Below, one piece after another: positions 23,993 to 33,335 of a stretch of 64,000 bases of DNA; the stretch's first letter is position 1, and each line of letters starts with the position of its first letter. Location of the stretch: NCBI GenBank assembly GCA_965223855.1, contig CBDCXM010000009.1, forward strand, positions 544,001 through 608,000, given 5' to 3'. The notes beneath the pieces were generated by a model, which made no database searches, was not told the DNA's origin, and saw only the letters and a program-made list of their open reading frames with translations. Source of the DNA: Candidatus Multivoradales bacterium (GTDB lineage Bacteria > Acidobacteriota > Thermoanaerobaculia > Multivoradales > JAHEKO01). A program made the translations under genes and the position numbers.

Positions 23993-24766
23993 TCACCCCG
24001 AATCGAGGACGAAGACACGACGGGCGTTGGCGGTCGTCACGACGGCGAGCTCCTCGAACGACACCTCTTTGACCTCTGCGAGCTTGCGAGCGGTCGTCGC
24101 CACGAACGCCGGTTCGTTGGCGACCTTGCCGTGGCCGCGGGGCGTGAGCCACGGCGAGTCGGTCTCGACGAGGCACTGCTCGAGCGGGGTCACCCGCGCC
24201 GCGGCGCGCACGTTCCCGGCACGCGGATAGGTGAGGATGCCGGAGAACGAGACCGGCCACCCCCACTCGACGAACGGCACCACCTCCTCCTCGTCGCCGG
24301 CGAAGCAGTGGACGACGCCGCGCAGGCCGTCGGCGGCGGCGCGCTCGAGCCTGGCGGCGGCCCGGGGATACTCGTCGCGGATGTGCAGGATCAGCGGCAG
24401 GTCGCACTCGAAGGCCAGGTCGACGTGGCGGTCCAGGAACTCCTCCTGAAGGGAGAGGGGCGCCCGGTCCCAGTAGGAGTCGAGACCGCTCTCGCCGATC
24501 GCCACCACCTTCTCGTGGCGGGCGAGCTCCGCGACCCTCGCCAGATCTCCGTCCTGCGCCTCGGCGACGTGGTTGGGGTGGATGCCGACGGCGGCCCACA
24601 GACCCTCTTGCGACGCGACGAAGTCGAGCACTCGCGGGGCGCTCGGAGCGTCGATCGCGACGACCACGGCCTCCTCGACACCGGCCGCGCGGGCACGCTG
24701 CCACGCCCCGGCGGGATCGTCGGCCAGCGCGTCGTAGGTCAGGTGGCAGTGAGTGTCGAAGAGCAC
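23993..24766 (-). CDS. tatD: TatD family DNase
   Basis: DTHCHL, GIHP, AIGESGLD, ILHIRD, VVHCF, ETDSP, NEP. Confidence 0.95.
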   Translation of the reverse strand: MLFDTHCHLTYDALADDPAGAWQRARAAGVEEAVVVAIDAPSAPRVLDFVASQEGLWAAVGIHPNHVAEAQDGDLARVAELARHEKVVAIGESGLDSYWDRAPLSLQEEFLDRHVDLAFECDLPLILHIRDEYPRAAARLERAAADGLRGVVHCFAGDEEEVVPFVEWGWPVSFSGILTYPRAGNVRAAARVTPLEQCLVETDSPWLTPRGHGKVANEPAFVATTARKLAEVKEVSFEELAVVTTANARRVFVLDSG

Positions 24767-24801
24767 GGGCCGGGAAGATAGCAGGTGTAGACTCGCCCGC
24801 C

Positions 24802-25311
<510 letters not shown>

Positions 25312-25451
25312 TCGCACCGTCATCGGCCATCCGTTGTCATGCCGACGACCCCGCGAGGGATCAGCGTGCAACCGTCGACCCAGCGGCCGTCGTATCATTC
25401 GAGACAGGCCCTCACGGGCGTCCTCTTCGTTACCTGACCAGGAGTTCCATC

Positions 25452-25919
25452 ATGCGTCGTCTCCCCCATCTCCCCCTCTTCGCCGTCGTCATCTGCACCG
25501 GCCTGGTGGCCGGCTTCGCCCTCGCCGCGTCGGAGGAGTCGAGCGAGTTCGGCGATGCGCAGGCCGACGCTGAGCGCTACATGCGCTACTACAGCGAGAT
25601 CGAGCTCACCCCCGAGCAGGAGAAGGTCAAGCGCGAGGCGCTGGAGGCGCTGCCCGCCGCGTGCTGCAGCGACAACAGCGCCTACACCTGCTGCTGTCCC
25701 TGCAACCTCTCACGGACCGTCTGGGGTCTGTCGGCCCACCTGATCGCCAATGAAGGCGCCGACGCAGCGACCGTGCGCACCGCGGTCGAGCAGTGGTACC
25801 AGCGGGTCAACCCGGACGGCTTCCCCGGCAACACCTGCTACACCGGCGGCTGCGGCAAGCCGTTCTCCCATGGCGGCTGCGGCGGCATGAACCCGACGCG
25901 GCTGAGCTGGGCGCAGTAG
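25452..25919 (+). CDS. Small Cys-rich secreted hypothetical protein
   Basis: RBS AGGAG; signal peptide; ACC...TCCCPCN...CYTGGC...GGCGGM. Confidence 0.8.
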   Translation: MRRLPHLPLFAVVICTGLVAGFALAASEESSEFGDAQADAERYMRYYSEIELTPEQEKVKREALEALPAACCSDNSAYTCCCPCNLSRTVWGLSAHLIANEGADAATVRTAVEQWYQRVNPDGFPGNTCYTGGCGKPFSHGGCGGMNPTRLSWAQ

Positions 25920-25983
25920 GCGTCCAGCAGCCCGTGGCGGGTAGCCGGGCCGATCGAGGCGCCGGCATGGCACCATAGCGCCC

Positions 25984-27672
25984 ATGGAGGGCCTCGACAG
26001 TCGACCGCGCTGGCAACCGTGGCAGGTCGTCGCCGTCGTCGCCGCCCTGCTCTTCCTCCCCTGGCTCCACCAGCGGAGCCTCTGGTACCCGGACGAGCCG
26101 GACGTGGCGGAGCCCACGATCTCGATGCTCGAGAGCGGCGACTGGGTCGTGCCGCGGCACAACGACGAGGCGTGGCTCGACTACCCCCCCGTGACCTACT
26201 GGCTGGGGGCGATCAGCAGCTCGGTCGCGGGCGCGTGGAGCCCGTTCGCGCTGCGCCTTCCGGTCGCGCTGCTGGCGACGCTGCTCGCCGCGCTCACGGC
26301 GTGGGCCACCACACGCCTCGCCGGCCGGGCGGCGGGGTTGTGGGCCGGCCTCACGATGGTGACCGCCCCGCATTTCGCCTATCAGGCGACCAACTTCCAT
26401 CCCGACATGGCGTTCGCCGTCTTCATCGCGCTGGGCATCGCCGCCTACGCTCGCGGCGCCGGTGACGGCTCCGGCCGACCCCGCTACCTGTGGATGGTCG
26501 CGGGCTTCGCCTGCTTCGGCGGCGCGATGCTCTCGAAAGGGCCGCTGGGGCTGCTGCTGCCGGGGCTGATCCTCTTCGTCTGGCACGCCGTCCAGAGACA
26601 GTGGGGAGCGATGCTGCGCCTCGCGCCACTGGCTCTGGTGTCGATCGCGGTCTCCCTCGCCTGGTACGGGCCCCTCATAGGAGCCCTCGGCTGGCAGGAG
26701 GTCTCGACCGAGCTCTACCTCCAGAACTTCGCCCGCTACGAGGACACCAGCCGCGGGCACGGTGGCAAGGGGTGGTGGTACTACCTGGAGCGCCTGTGGG
26801 TCGACTGGGCCCCCTGGTCGCTCCTGCTCCCCGGCGCCGTCGCCGCGGCATTCGCGGCACGCCGCCGGGATCCCTGGGTGCGGCTCGCACTCTTGTGGAT
26901 CTTCCTGAGCGTCGCCTTCTTCACGCTCGCAGCGACCAAACGACAGGTCTATCTGCTTCCCGTCTACCCGGCGATCGCCTTCCTGATCGGTCGCTGGGTC
27001 GGAGCGGCGCTGGAGGACGGCCGGCGATCGCTCCCGCGCGCCATGCAGATCCTCGGCGGACTCTGTGCGGTCGTGGGGCTGGTCCTCCTCGGTGCGGCGA
27101 TCTTCACCGGGCCGCTCGAGGAGCGGCTCGCCCGCAGCGAGCTGCCGCTCGACGAGTTCCGGCTGCCACTCCTGGTCCTTGGCGCGAGCCTCGGCGGCGG
27201 CGGGATCGTTGCCTTCCTGGCGGCGCGCCGCGGACGGCCGCAACGCGGTCTCGGGGCGGCCGCGGTGGGACTGTGGCTGTGCTACGCCGTCGCCTTCGGC
27301 GGCATCCTCCCGCGGCTCGACGGTGGCAAGTCCTACGGCGAGGCGGTGCGGGCACTGCGGGCCTCGGCGGGCGAGGAGCCCTTCGGCTTCTACCCGCCCG
27401 ACATCCAGAACAAGAGAGCCGGCTTCCGGGTGGAGGACCCTGCCTTCATGCCCCTCGAGGTTCTCTCCTCGCCGGAGGAAGTGGAGGCCTACCTGTCGTC
27501 CGGTTCGAGACTCGTCATCCTCCACCCGTCGCGCGAAGCCGAGATCGGAGGGAGCGAGCGGGGGGAAAGACCCCGGCAGGAGATCGAGCTCGGAAGCAGG
27601 AAGTTCGTCGTCCTCGGCCCGGAAGTCGACCCCGAGGTCGAAGGGCCGGAGGCTTCCGAACCCACTCCCTGA
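25984..27672 (+). CDS. ArnT/PMT-type (GT-C) glycosyltransferase
   Basis: PDEP, GDWVVP, YPP, KGPLG, WYY, K..VYLLP; many TM. Confidence 0.92.
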   Translation: MEGLDSRPRWQPWQVVAVVAALLFLPWLHQRSLWYPDEPDVAEPTISMLESGDWVVPRHNDEAWLDYPPVTYWLGAISSSVAGAWSPFALRLPVALLATLLAALTAWATTRLAGRAAGLWAGLTMVTAPHFAYQATNFHPDMAFAVFIALGIAAYARGAGDGSGRPRYLWMVAGFACFGGAMLSKGPLGLLLPGLILFVWHAVQRQWGAMLRLAPLALVSIAVSLAWYGPLIGALGWQEVSTELYLQNFARYEDTSRGHGGKGWWYYLERLWVDWAPWSLLLPGAVAAAFAARRRDPWVRLALLWIFLSVAFFTLAATKRQVYLLPVYPAIAFLIGRWVGAALEDGRRSLPRAMQILGGLCAVVGLVLLGAAIFTGPLEERLARSELPLDEFRLPLLVLGASLGGGGIVAFLAARRGRPQRGLGAAAVGLWLCYAVAFGGILPRLDGGKSYGEAVRALRASAGEEPFGFYPPDIQNKRAGFRVEDPAFMPLEVLSSPEEVEAYLSSGSRLVILHPSREAEIGGSERGERPRQEIELGSRKFVVLGPEVDPEVEGPEASEPTP

Positions 27673-27681
27673 CGTTCGGGG

Positions 27682-28800
27682 CTAGGGCACCGCAGGTTCG
27701 CCGCCGCCCGTCGCGCGTGCGATCCGCACCACCACCGACTCCAGATCGACCCGGCCGTCACGGTTGGTCTGCACGGCCACCGTCAGTTCCCTGTCGAGAT
27801 AGTGGGCGACGTGGGAGCGATATCCGGACCACAGCCCCGCGTGGCCGAAGGAACGGGTCGGCGCGTGAACGAAGACGCCGAAGCCGTAGTGCCACTCCGC
27901 TCCCGGCTTGCGATATCCCGACTCGAGCATGAGGGTGAGGCTCTCGGTCGAAACCAGCTCGCCGCGGGCGAGCGATCGGTAGAAGCGCGCGAGCATTTCC
28001 GGCGTGACGATCAGCCCTCCCCCCGTCCACTCCGACCGCGGGTCGAGCTTCATCCGCCCGTCCTTGCGGTAGACGCTCGCGCCGCCCGTGTAGCCGATCG
28101 CCACGTCGGTCAGCACCGCGTCATCCTGCGCCCTGACGCGATCGAGTCCGAGCGGCACGAGCACCCGTTCCTCCAGCAGCTCGAAGTAGCCGCGCCCGGT
28201 CGCCGCCTCGATCACCCGCCCGAGGACCAGATAGCCGATGTCCGTGTAGCGGTACCCCTCGCCGGGGGCGAAGGAGGGCCGCTTGCCGAGCGTGAAGGCG
28301 ATCAGCTCCTCCGGCTCGTAGTAGGCGCTGCCGTGCCGAAGCACCCGCACGATCATCGACAGCAGAAAACTCGGCCGACCCGGATAGTCGCCGAGCCCGG
28401 CGGAATGTGACAGCAGATGCCGCACGCGAATCTCCTCCGCGTTCGGCAACCGCGCGAACCAGTCGCGACCTCCCAGCCACTTCGAGATCGGATCATCGAG
28501 CGACAGCACCCCCTCTTCGACCAGCAGCATCGTCAGGGCCGCGACGAACGTCTTGCCGGTACTGCCGCCCGGCATGCCGATGTCGTTGTCGAGTGGTATC
28601 CCCGCCTTCCTGTCCGCCACGCCGACGGCGGCCCTCACCACCGATCCATCCGCGAGCACCACCGCGGCCCGCAAGCCCGGCATCTCCCGGTCGCGCATCT
28701 CCTTGTCCAGCAGCGCCGCCAGCGAGAACTCGTCCAGCACCGACGCCGACACGAGGGCAGGGAGCAGAATCAGGGCCGCAAGCGCGCCGCAAAGCTTCAT
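27682..28800 (-). CDS. Serine hydrolase, beta-lactamase (class C-like) family
   Basis: Signal peptide; GSTGK (SxxK), LLSHSAGL, YTDIGY, HAG. Confidence 0.9.
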   Translation of the reverse strand: MKLCGALAALILLPALVSASVLDEFSLAALLDKEMRDREMPGLRAAVVLADGSVVRAAVGVADRKAGIPLDNDIGMPGGSTGKTFVAALTMLLVEEGVLSLDDPISKWLGGRDWFARLPNAEEIRVRHLLSHSAGLGDYPGRPSFLLSMIVRVLRHGSAYYEPEELIAFTLGKRPSFAPGEGYRYTDIGYLVLGRVIEAATGRGYFELLEERVLVPLGLDRVRAQDDAVLTDVAIGYTGGASVYRKDGRMKLDPRSEWTGGGLIVTPEMLARFYRSLARGELVSTESLTLMLESGYRKPGAEWHYGFGVFVHAPTRSFGHAGLWSGYRSHVAHYLDRELTVAVQTNRDGRVDLESVVVRIARATGGGEPAVP

Positions 28801-28899
28801 CCCCTACCACCCTACCCCGCCGTCGGCGGGGCCTCGCCGCGAACTCCGTCGCTCGGCTCCCGACTCTCGCCGGAGAAGCTGCAGCCTCGCGTGCCATCA

Positions 28900-28972
28900 A
28901 GGACGACGAAGGGGTTTCTCCACCCGGGGCATGGTCGGGTGAGGCCGGGGGGAGAAAGGGCTTCGTCGTCCT
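28900..28972. repeat. Long intergenic hairpin
   Basis: AGGACGACGAAG/CTTCGTCGTCCT and TTTCTCC/GGAGAAA arms around a GGG/GGG internal loop. Confidence 0.6.
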
Positions 28973-29001
28973 GAATCGACAGGACGAGAACAGCGGCCGT
29001 T

Positions 29002-29394
29002 TCAGCGAGGCTCGAGCCGGAACTGCTCCGGCAACAGCTCCGCCAGCCGACGACGCCGCGTCACCGTCCCTTCGGCGTCGACGATCACCACCTCCAGGTC
29101 GCCGAACTCCGAGAGCACCTGCCGGCAGGCGCCGCACGGCCCCGCCTTGCCGTCGGTCGCGATCACCACCCGGCGAAACTCGCGATGACCTGCCGTGACC
29201 GCCGCACCGACCGCCACCCGCTCGGCGCAGTTCGTCAGGCCGTAGGAGGCGTTCTCTACGTTGCAGCCCGCGAACACGTCGCCGTTCGCCGTCTCGAGAG
29301 CCGCGCCGACGTAGTAGCGCGAGTAGGGGGCGTGCGCGTTGGCACGCGCCGCCAACGCAGCCTCGATCAGGGGTTGGAGGTCGTCGTCCGCCAT
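29002..29394 (-). CDS. cdd: Cytidine deaminase
   Basis: [35 protein letters not shown]. Confidence 0.97.
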   Translation of the reverse strand: MADDDLQPLIEAALAARANAHAPYSRYYVGAALETANGDVFAGCNVENASYGLTNCAERVAVGAAVTAGHREFRRVVIATDGKAGPCGACRQVLSEFGDLEVVIVDAEGTVTRRRRLAELLPEQFRLEPR

Positions 29395-29466
29395 CGCTGC
29401 GATCCTAGCCTGAACCCCTCCCGACTTCCCGCTCCAGGGCCTCAGCCTGCTGGCGAGAGGTCCCTA

Positions 29467-30741
29467 CTAGCCTCTCAGCTCGATCAGGAGCGGGGGCGGC
29501 TCCACCGGCTCGTCACCGATCGCGACCGTCGCTTCGAGCGCTCCGGCAGCCAGCCGGCCGGGATCGCCGTACAGAGTGAAGAGCGGGTCGCCCGCCTCGA
29601 TGCGGTCGCCGATCCGGACCTGTGCTTCCACCCCGACCGACGGATCGACCCGGTCGCCCTGACGCTTGCGGCCGCCGCCCAGCTCGATCACCGCGAATCC
29701 GACCCCTTCGCCGTCGAAGCCGGTGACCCAGCCGGAGCGGGTCGCGACGACGTCATGCGCCTCGGCGAGCGATCGCGGCGCTTCCAGATCGCCCCCCTGA
29801 GCCGCCACCATCCGCGCCAGCCGCTCGCGGGCGGAGCCATCGTCGATCGTCGCCGTGAGCCGGGCTCTCGCCGCTCCCTCGTCTTCTTCGATCCCGGTCG
29901 CCACCAGAAGATCGGCGCACAGCGCCAGCGTCACCTCCAGCAGATCGTCCGGAGCGCATCCCTCGAGCAGTGCCACCGCCTCGTCCACCTCGTTCGCGTT
30001 GCCGACCGCTCGGCCGAGCGGCTGGCTCATGTCGGTGAGCCGCGCGCTGGTCTTCACCCCGTAGACACGTCCCGCAGCGACCAGCGACGCGGCCAGCTCG
30101 CGGGCCCCTTCCAGGGTTTTCATGAACGCCGCCGAGCCAACCTTGACGTCGAACACCAGGGCGTCCAGGGTCTCGGCGACCTTCTTCGACAGGATGCTGC
30201 CGGTGATGAGCGGCACGCTCGCCACCGTGGCGGTGACGTCGCGCAGCGCGTAGAGGCGCCGATCGGCCGGCGCGATCTCGGCGGTCGCGCCGGTGATGAC
30301 GCAGCCGGCGGTCGCCAGCACGCGATCGATCTCGTCGAGCGACAGGTCGGTCCGGAAACCGGGAATCGCTTCGAGCTTGTCGAGGGTGCCACCGGTCGAG
30401 CCGAGGCCGCGACCCGAGATCATCGGCACCTCGAGACCGCACACCGCCAGCAGCGGCGCCAGCGCGATCGAAACCTTGTCGCCGATGCCGCCGGTCGAGT
30501 GTTTGTCGACCCGCGGTCGGTCGCTACGCCGCGGCAGCTCGGTGCCGCTCGCCACCATCGCGCCGGTCAGCGCCGCCGTCTCCTCGGCGCTCATGCCGTT
30601 GAGATAGACCGCCATGGCCCAGGCGGCCATCTGCTCGTCGCCGACGGCACCCGAGGTGTAGCCCTCGATCCACGTCTCGATCTCGGCGGCCCCATGGGTG
30701 CCTCCGTCACGCTTGACGGCGATGAACCGCTCCGGATTCAT
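29467..30741 (-). CDS. deoA: Thymidine/pyrimidine-nucleoside phosphorylase
   Basis: KRDG, DKHSTGGIGDK, SGRGLGSTGGTLDKLE, LYALRDVTATV, SILSKK. Confidence 0.95.
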   Translation of the reverse strand: MNPERFIAVKRDGGTHGAAEIETWIEGYTSGAVGDEQMAAWAMAVYLNGMSAEETAALTGAMVASGTELPRRSDRPRVDKHSTGGIGDKVSIALAPLLAVCGLEVPMISGRGLGSTGGTLDKLEAIPGFRTDLSLDEIDRVLATAGCVITGATAEIAPADRRLYALRDVTATVASVPLITGSILSKKVAETLDALVFDVKVGSAAFMKTLEGARELAASLVAAGRVYGVKTSARLTDMSQPLGRAVGNANEVDEAVALLEGCAPDDLLEVTLALCADLLVATGIEEDEGAARARLTATIDDGSARERLARMVAAQGGDLEAPRSLAEAHDVVATRSGWVTGFDGEGVGFAVIELGGGRKRQGDRVDPSVGVEAQVRIGDRIEAGDPLFTLYGDPGRLAAGALEATVAIGDEPVEPPPLLIELRG

Positions 30742-31568
30742 CCGCCGACCGTCTCCGGCAGGATCGCCTCGACGATCGCGGTCAGATGCCGGCTCGCTCC
30801 ATCCGCCGCCTCCAGCACTTCCTCGTGGCCGGTCTCGTCGAGGCAGTCGGGCCGGCACAGGTTGGTGATCACGGAGAGCCCCAGCACCCGCATCCCGGCG
30901 TGGCGGGCGACGATGACCTCGGGAACCGTCGACATGCCGACCGCATCGGCACCGAGACGGCGCAGCATCCGGTACTCGGCACGGGTCTCGAAGCTCGGCC
31001 CGGTGAAGCCGGCGTAGACACCGGGATGAGCCACCGCGTCGAGGCGTCGCGCGATCGACAGCGCCCGGTCACGGAGGCCCGCGTCGTAGGGCGCGCTCAT
31101 GTCCGGGAAACGCGGCCCCAGCTCGTCGTCGTTGATGCCGAAGAGCGGGTTGTCGAACATCATGTTGATGTGATCTTCGATCACCATCACATCGCCCGAG
31201 CCGAACCGCGGGTTGAGACCACCGCTGGCGTTCGAAACCACCAGAAGCTCGCAGCCGAGCGCTTTCATCACCCGCACCGGGTAGGTCACCTGGGCGAGTG
31301 TCCACCCCTCGTACTTGTGAAAGCGCCCCTGCATCACCACGACCGGTACGCCGGCGAGGGTTCCGAGGAGCAGCCGTCCGGCATGACCTTCGGCGGTCGA
31401 GCGGGGGAAATGGGGCAGCTCGGAGTAGTCGAAGGCGGCCTCCTCCTCCACCCTGTCCGCGAGCGGTCCGAGGCCGCTGCCGAGGATGATCCCGGCCCGC
31501 GGCATCCCCTGCCAGCTCCCGCGGATCGCGGCCGTCGTCTCGGCGACCTGCTCCCGCACTCCCTTCAC
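30738..31568 (-). CDS. punA: Purine nucleoside phosphorylase, trimeric type (Asn specificity residue)
   Basis: ILGSGLG, GHAG, QGRFH.YEG, GPRFPDMS, GPSFETRAE, GMSTVPE, ITN. Confidence 0.95.
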   Translation of the reverse strand: MKGVREQVAETTAAIRGSWQGMPRAGIILGSGLGPLADRVEEEAAFDYSELPHFPRSTAEGHAGRLLLGTLAGVPVVVMQGRFHKYEGWTLAQVTYPVRVMKALGCELLVVSNASGGLNPRFGSGDVMVIEDHINMMFDNPLFGINDDELGPRFPDMSAPYDAGLRDRALSIARRLDAVAHPGVYAGFTGPSFETRAEYRMLRRLGADAVGMSTVPEVIVARHAGMRVLGLSVITNLCRPDCLDETGHEEVLEAADGASRHLTAIVEAILPETVGG

Positions 31569-31570
31569 CG

Positions 31571-32401
31571 TCAGCTCCGCGCTTCGTGCTCGAGGACCGC
31601 CCTGACCAGGGTCCTGAGCTTCGGCGCCGCGGCCTCGGCGGCTGCGACGATCTCGGAAGCCTCCGCCTCTTCGAGCGCGTCGGGCAGGCACATGTCGGTC
31701 ACCACCGACATGCCGAACACCCGCATCCCCGCGTGCACCGCGGTGATCGTCTCGGGAATCGTCGACATGCCGACGACGTCGGCGCCGATCGCCCGCAGGA
31801 AGCGGTACTCGGCGCGGGTTTCCAGGCAGGGACCGGTGACCGCCACGGTGACGCCACGGTGGGCAGCGAAGTCTCCCCTGCGCGCGGCCGCCAGGGCGAC
31901 GTCGATCAGCGCCGGATCGTAGGGGGCACTCATGTCCGGGAAGCGCGGTCCCAACTCGTCGTCGTTGATACCGATCAACGGGTTGTCGCCGAGCAGGTTG
32001 ATCTGGTCGTCGATCACCATCACGTCGCCGACGCGATAGTTCGGGTTGAGGCCGCCGGTCGCCTGACTGACGATCAGCAGCTCGGCGCCGAGCGCCTTCA
32101 TCACCCGGATCGGCAGCGTGATCTGCTGCAGCGGGTACCCCTCGTAGAGGTGGAACCGGCCCTGCATCGCGACGACGGTGACGCCGTCGAGCGTCCCCAT
32201 CACCAGCCGTCCGGCGTGCGACAGCGCCGTCGAGTGCGGGAAGTGCGGCAGGTCCGCGTAGTCGATCGTCATCGGCGACTCGATCTCGTCGGCCACGCCG
32301 CCGAGACCGCTGCCGAGGATCAGGCCAGCGTGAGGGGCACCGTCCCATCGTTGTCGGATCGCCGCGACCACGTCGTCGATCCGGCCTCGCAGTTCGAGCA
32401 T
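31571..32401 (-). CDS. punA: Purine nucleoside phosphorylase, trimeric type, second paralogue (Asp specificity residue)
   Basis: ILGSGLG, QGRFHLYEG, GPRFPDMS, GPCLETRAE, GMSTIPE, VTD. Confidence 0.95.
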   Translation of the reverse strand: MLELRGRIDDVVAAIRQRWDGAPHAGLILGSGLGGVADEIESPMTIDYADLPHFPHSTALSHAGRLVMGTLDGVTVVAMQGRFHLYEGYPLQQITLPIRVMKALGAELLIVSQATGGLNPNYRVGDVMVIDDQINLLGDNPLIGINDDELGPRFPDMSAPYDPALIDVALAAARRGDFAAHRGVTVAVTGPCLETRAEYRFLRAIGADVVGMSTIPETITAVHAGMRVFGMSVVTDMCLPDALEEAEASEIVAAAEAAAPKLRTLVRAVLEHEARS

Positions 32402-32406
32402 TCCGT

Positions 32407-32769
32407 TCAGGCCCTCCCCTCGATCGCCGCTTCCTCGCGGCCGCGCGGCTGCCCATCGACCTCGTCGGCGGCCGCCTCCTGCTGCAGCCAACGCCGGAAC
32501 TCCTCGTCGACCGTCGCCGTGATCTTGCGCCGGAAAGGGCGGAAGATCCACGGCACCCTGACGTCGATGTCGTAGCAGTCGTCGCACACCGTGATCCGGC
32601 CTCCGATGCGGGTCCCTGAGACCTTGAAGCCGACCTCGGCCGTCTCAGCATCGAGCCACGAGGTGGCGACGTCGTACTCGGCATAGTTCTGCCGGTAGGC
32701 GCCCAGGGCGCGATCCAGCAGATCCTTCGCCCGATCGGGGGCGAGCGTGTGGCGAACGGAGTGCTTCAT
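32407..32769 (-). CDS. PHA_gran_rgn-like hypothetical protein
   Basis: H.L...A N-terminus, W, F.V.G..I.G.I.V, .VPW.FRPF...I...V pattern. Confidence 0.6.
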   Translation of the reverse strand: MKHSVRHTLAPDRAKDLLDRALGAYRQNYAEYDVATSWLDAETAEVGFKVSGTRIGGRITVCDDCYDIDVRVPWIFRPFRRKITATVDEEFRRWLQQEAAADEVDGQPRGREEAAIEGRA

Positions 32770-32944
32770 CCGGGGTTCCTCGAAGACGCCGGGATGATAG
32801 CGCGTGGAGTCGCCACGACCGCGCCGGCACCGCGCATCCCCGCCCGTTTGGTACCCTCACCGAGGCCCGCAGCGGCACCGTCCGCCGCGGTCTCGAAGGG
32901 AACGGTGGGACTGGGGAGTCCCGCGAACAGCAAGGGAGATTGGA

Positions 32945-33214
32945 ATGAAGGTGCGTGTTCCGCGCCCGGAGCGATGGGCCGTGGTCTATCTCGCAAGGGG
33001 AGACTCGGAGCCGGAGCTGCTGGGAGGCTCGGTATCGCTGGCGGGAGCGAAGCAGATTGCCCGCGCCTGGTGGGACCTTCACACCGAGCGCCGGCTCGAC
33101 CGCAGCGACCGCGACTTCGTCGCCGTCTGTGCAGTCCAGGGCGGGCAGATCGACCCGGGGATATGGCATGCCAGACTCGACCGACGGGGTTGGAGCGGAG
33201 TCGACGATCGCTGA
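32945..33214 (+). CDS. Small hypothetical protein
   Basis: RBS GGGAG; MKVRVPRPERWAVVYL, protein-like composition. Confidence 0.5.
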   Translation: MKVRVPRPERWAVVYLARGDSEPELLGGSVSLAGAKQIARAWWDLHTERRLDRSDRDFVAVCAVQGGQIDPGIWHARLDRRGWSGVDDR

Positions 33215-33335
33215 CACTTCCGGCCGGGCCGGCGGGAACCTCCCGCGACCTGGGAGGGTCGAACCAGCCTGACCTCTCACCTCACGCCACCTCGCTCGCC
33301 GGGCCGGTGAAAGTACGCTCTCTGAGGAGCCTGCC

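Noticed and set aside
30738-32684. 648-aa ORF suggesting a long PNP fusion
   Set aside because: The N-terminal part is an off-frame read of the upstream PNP; the real gene starts at GTG 31568.
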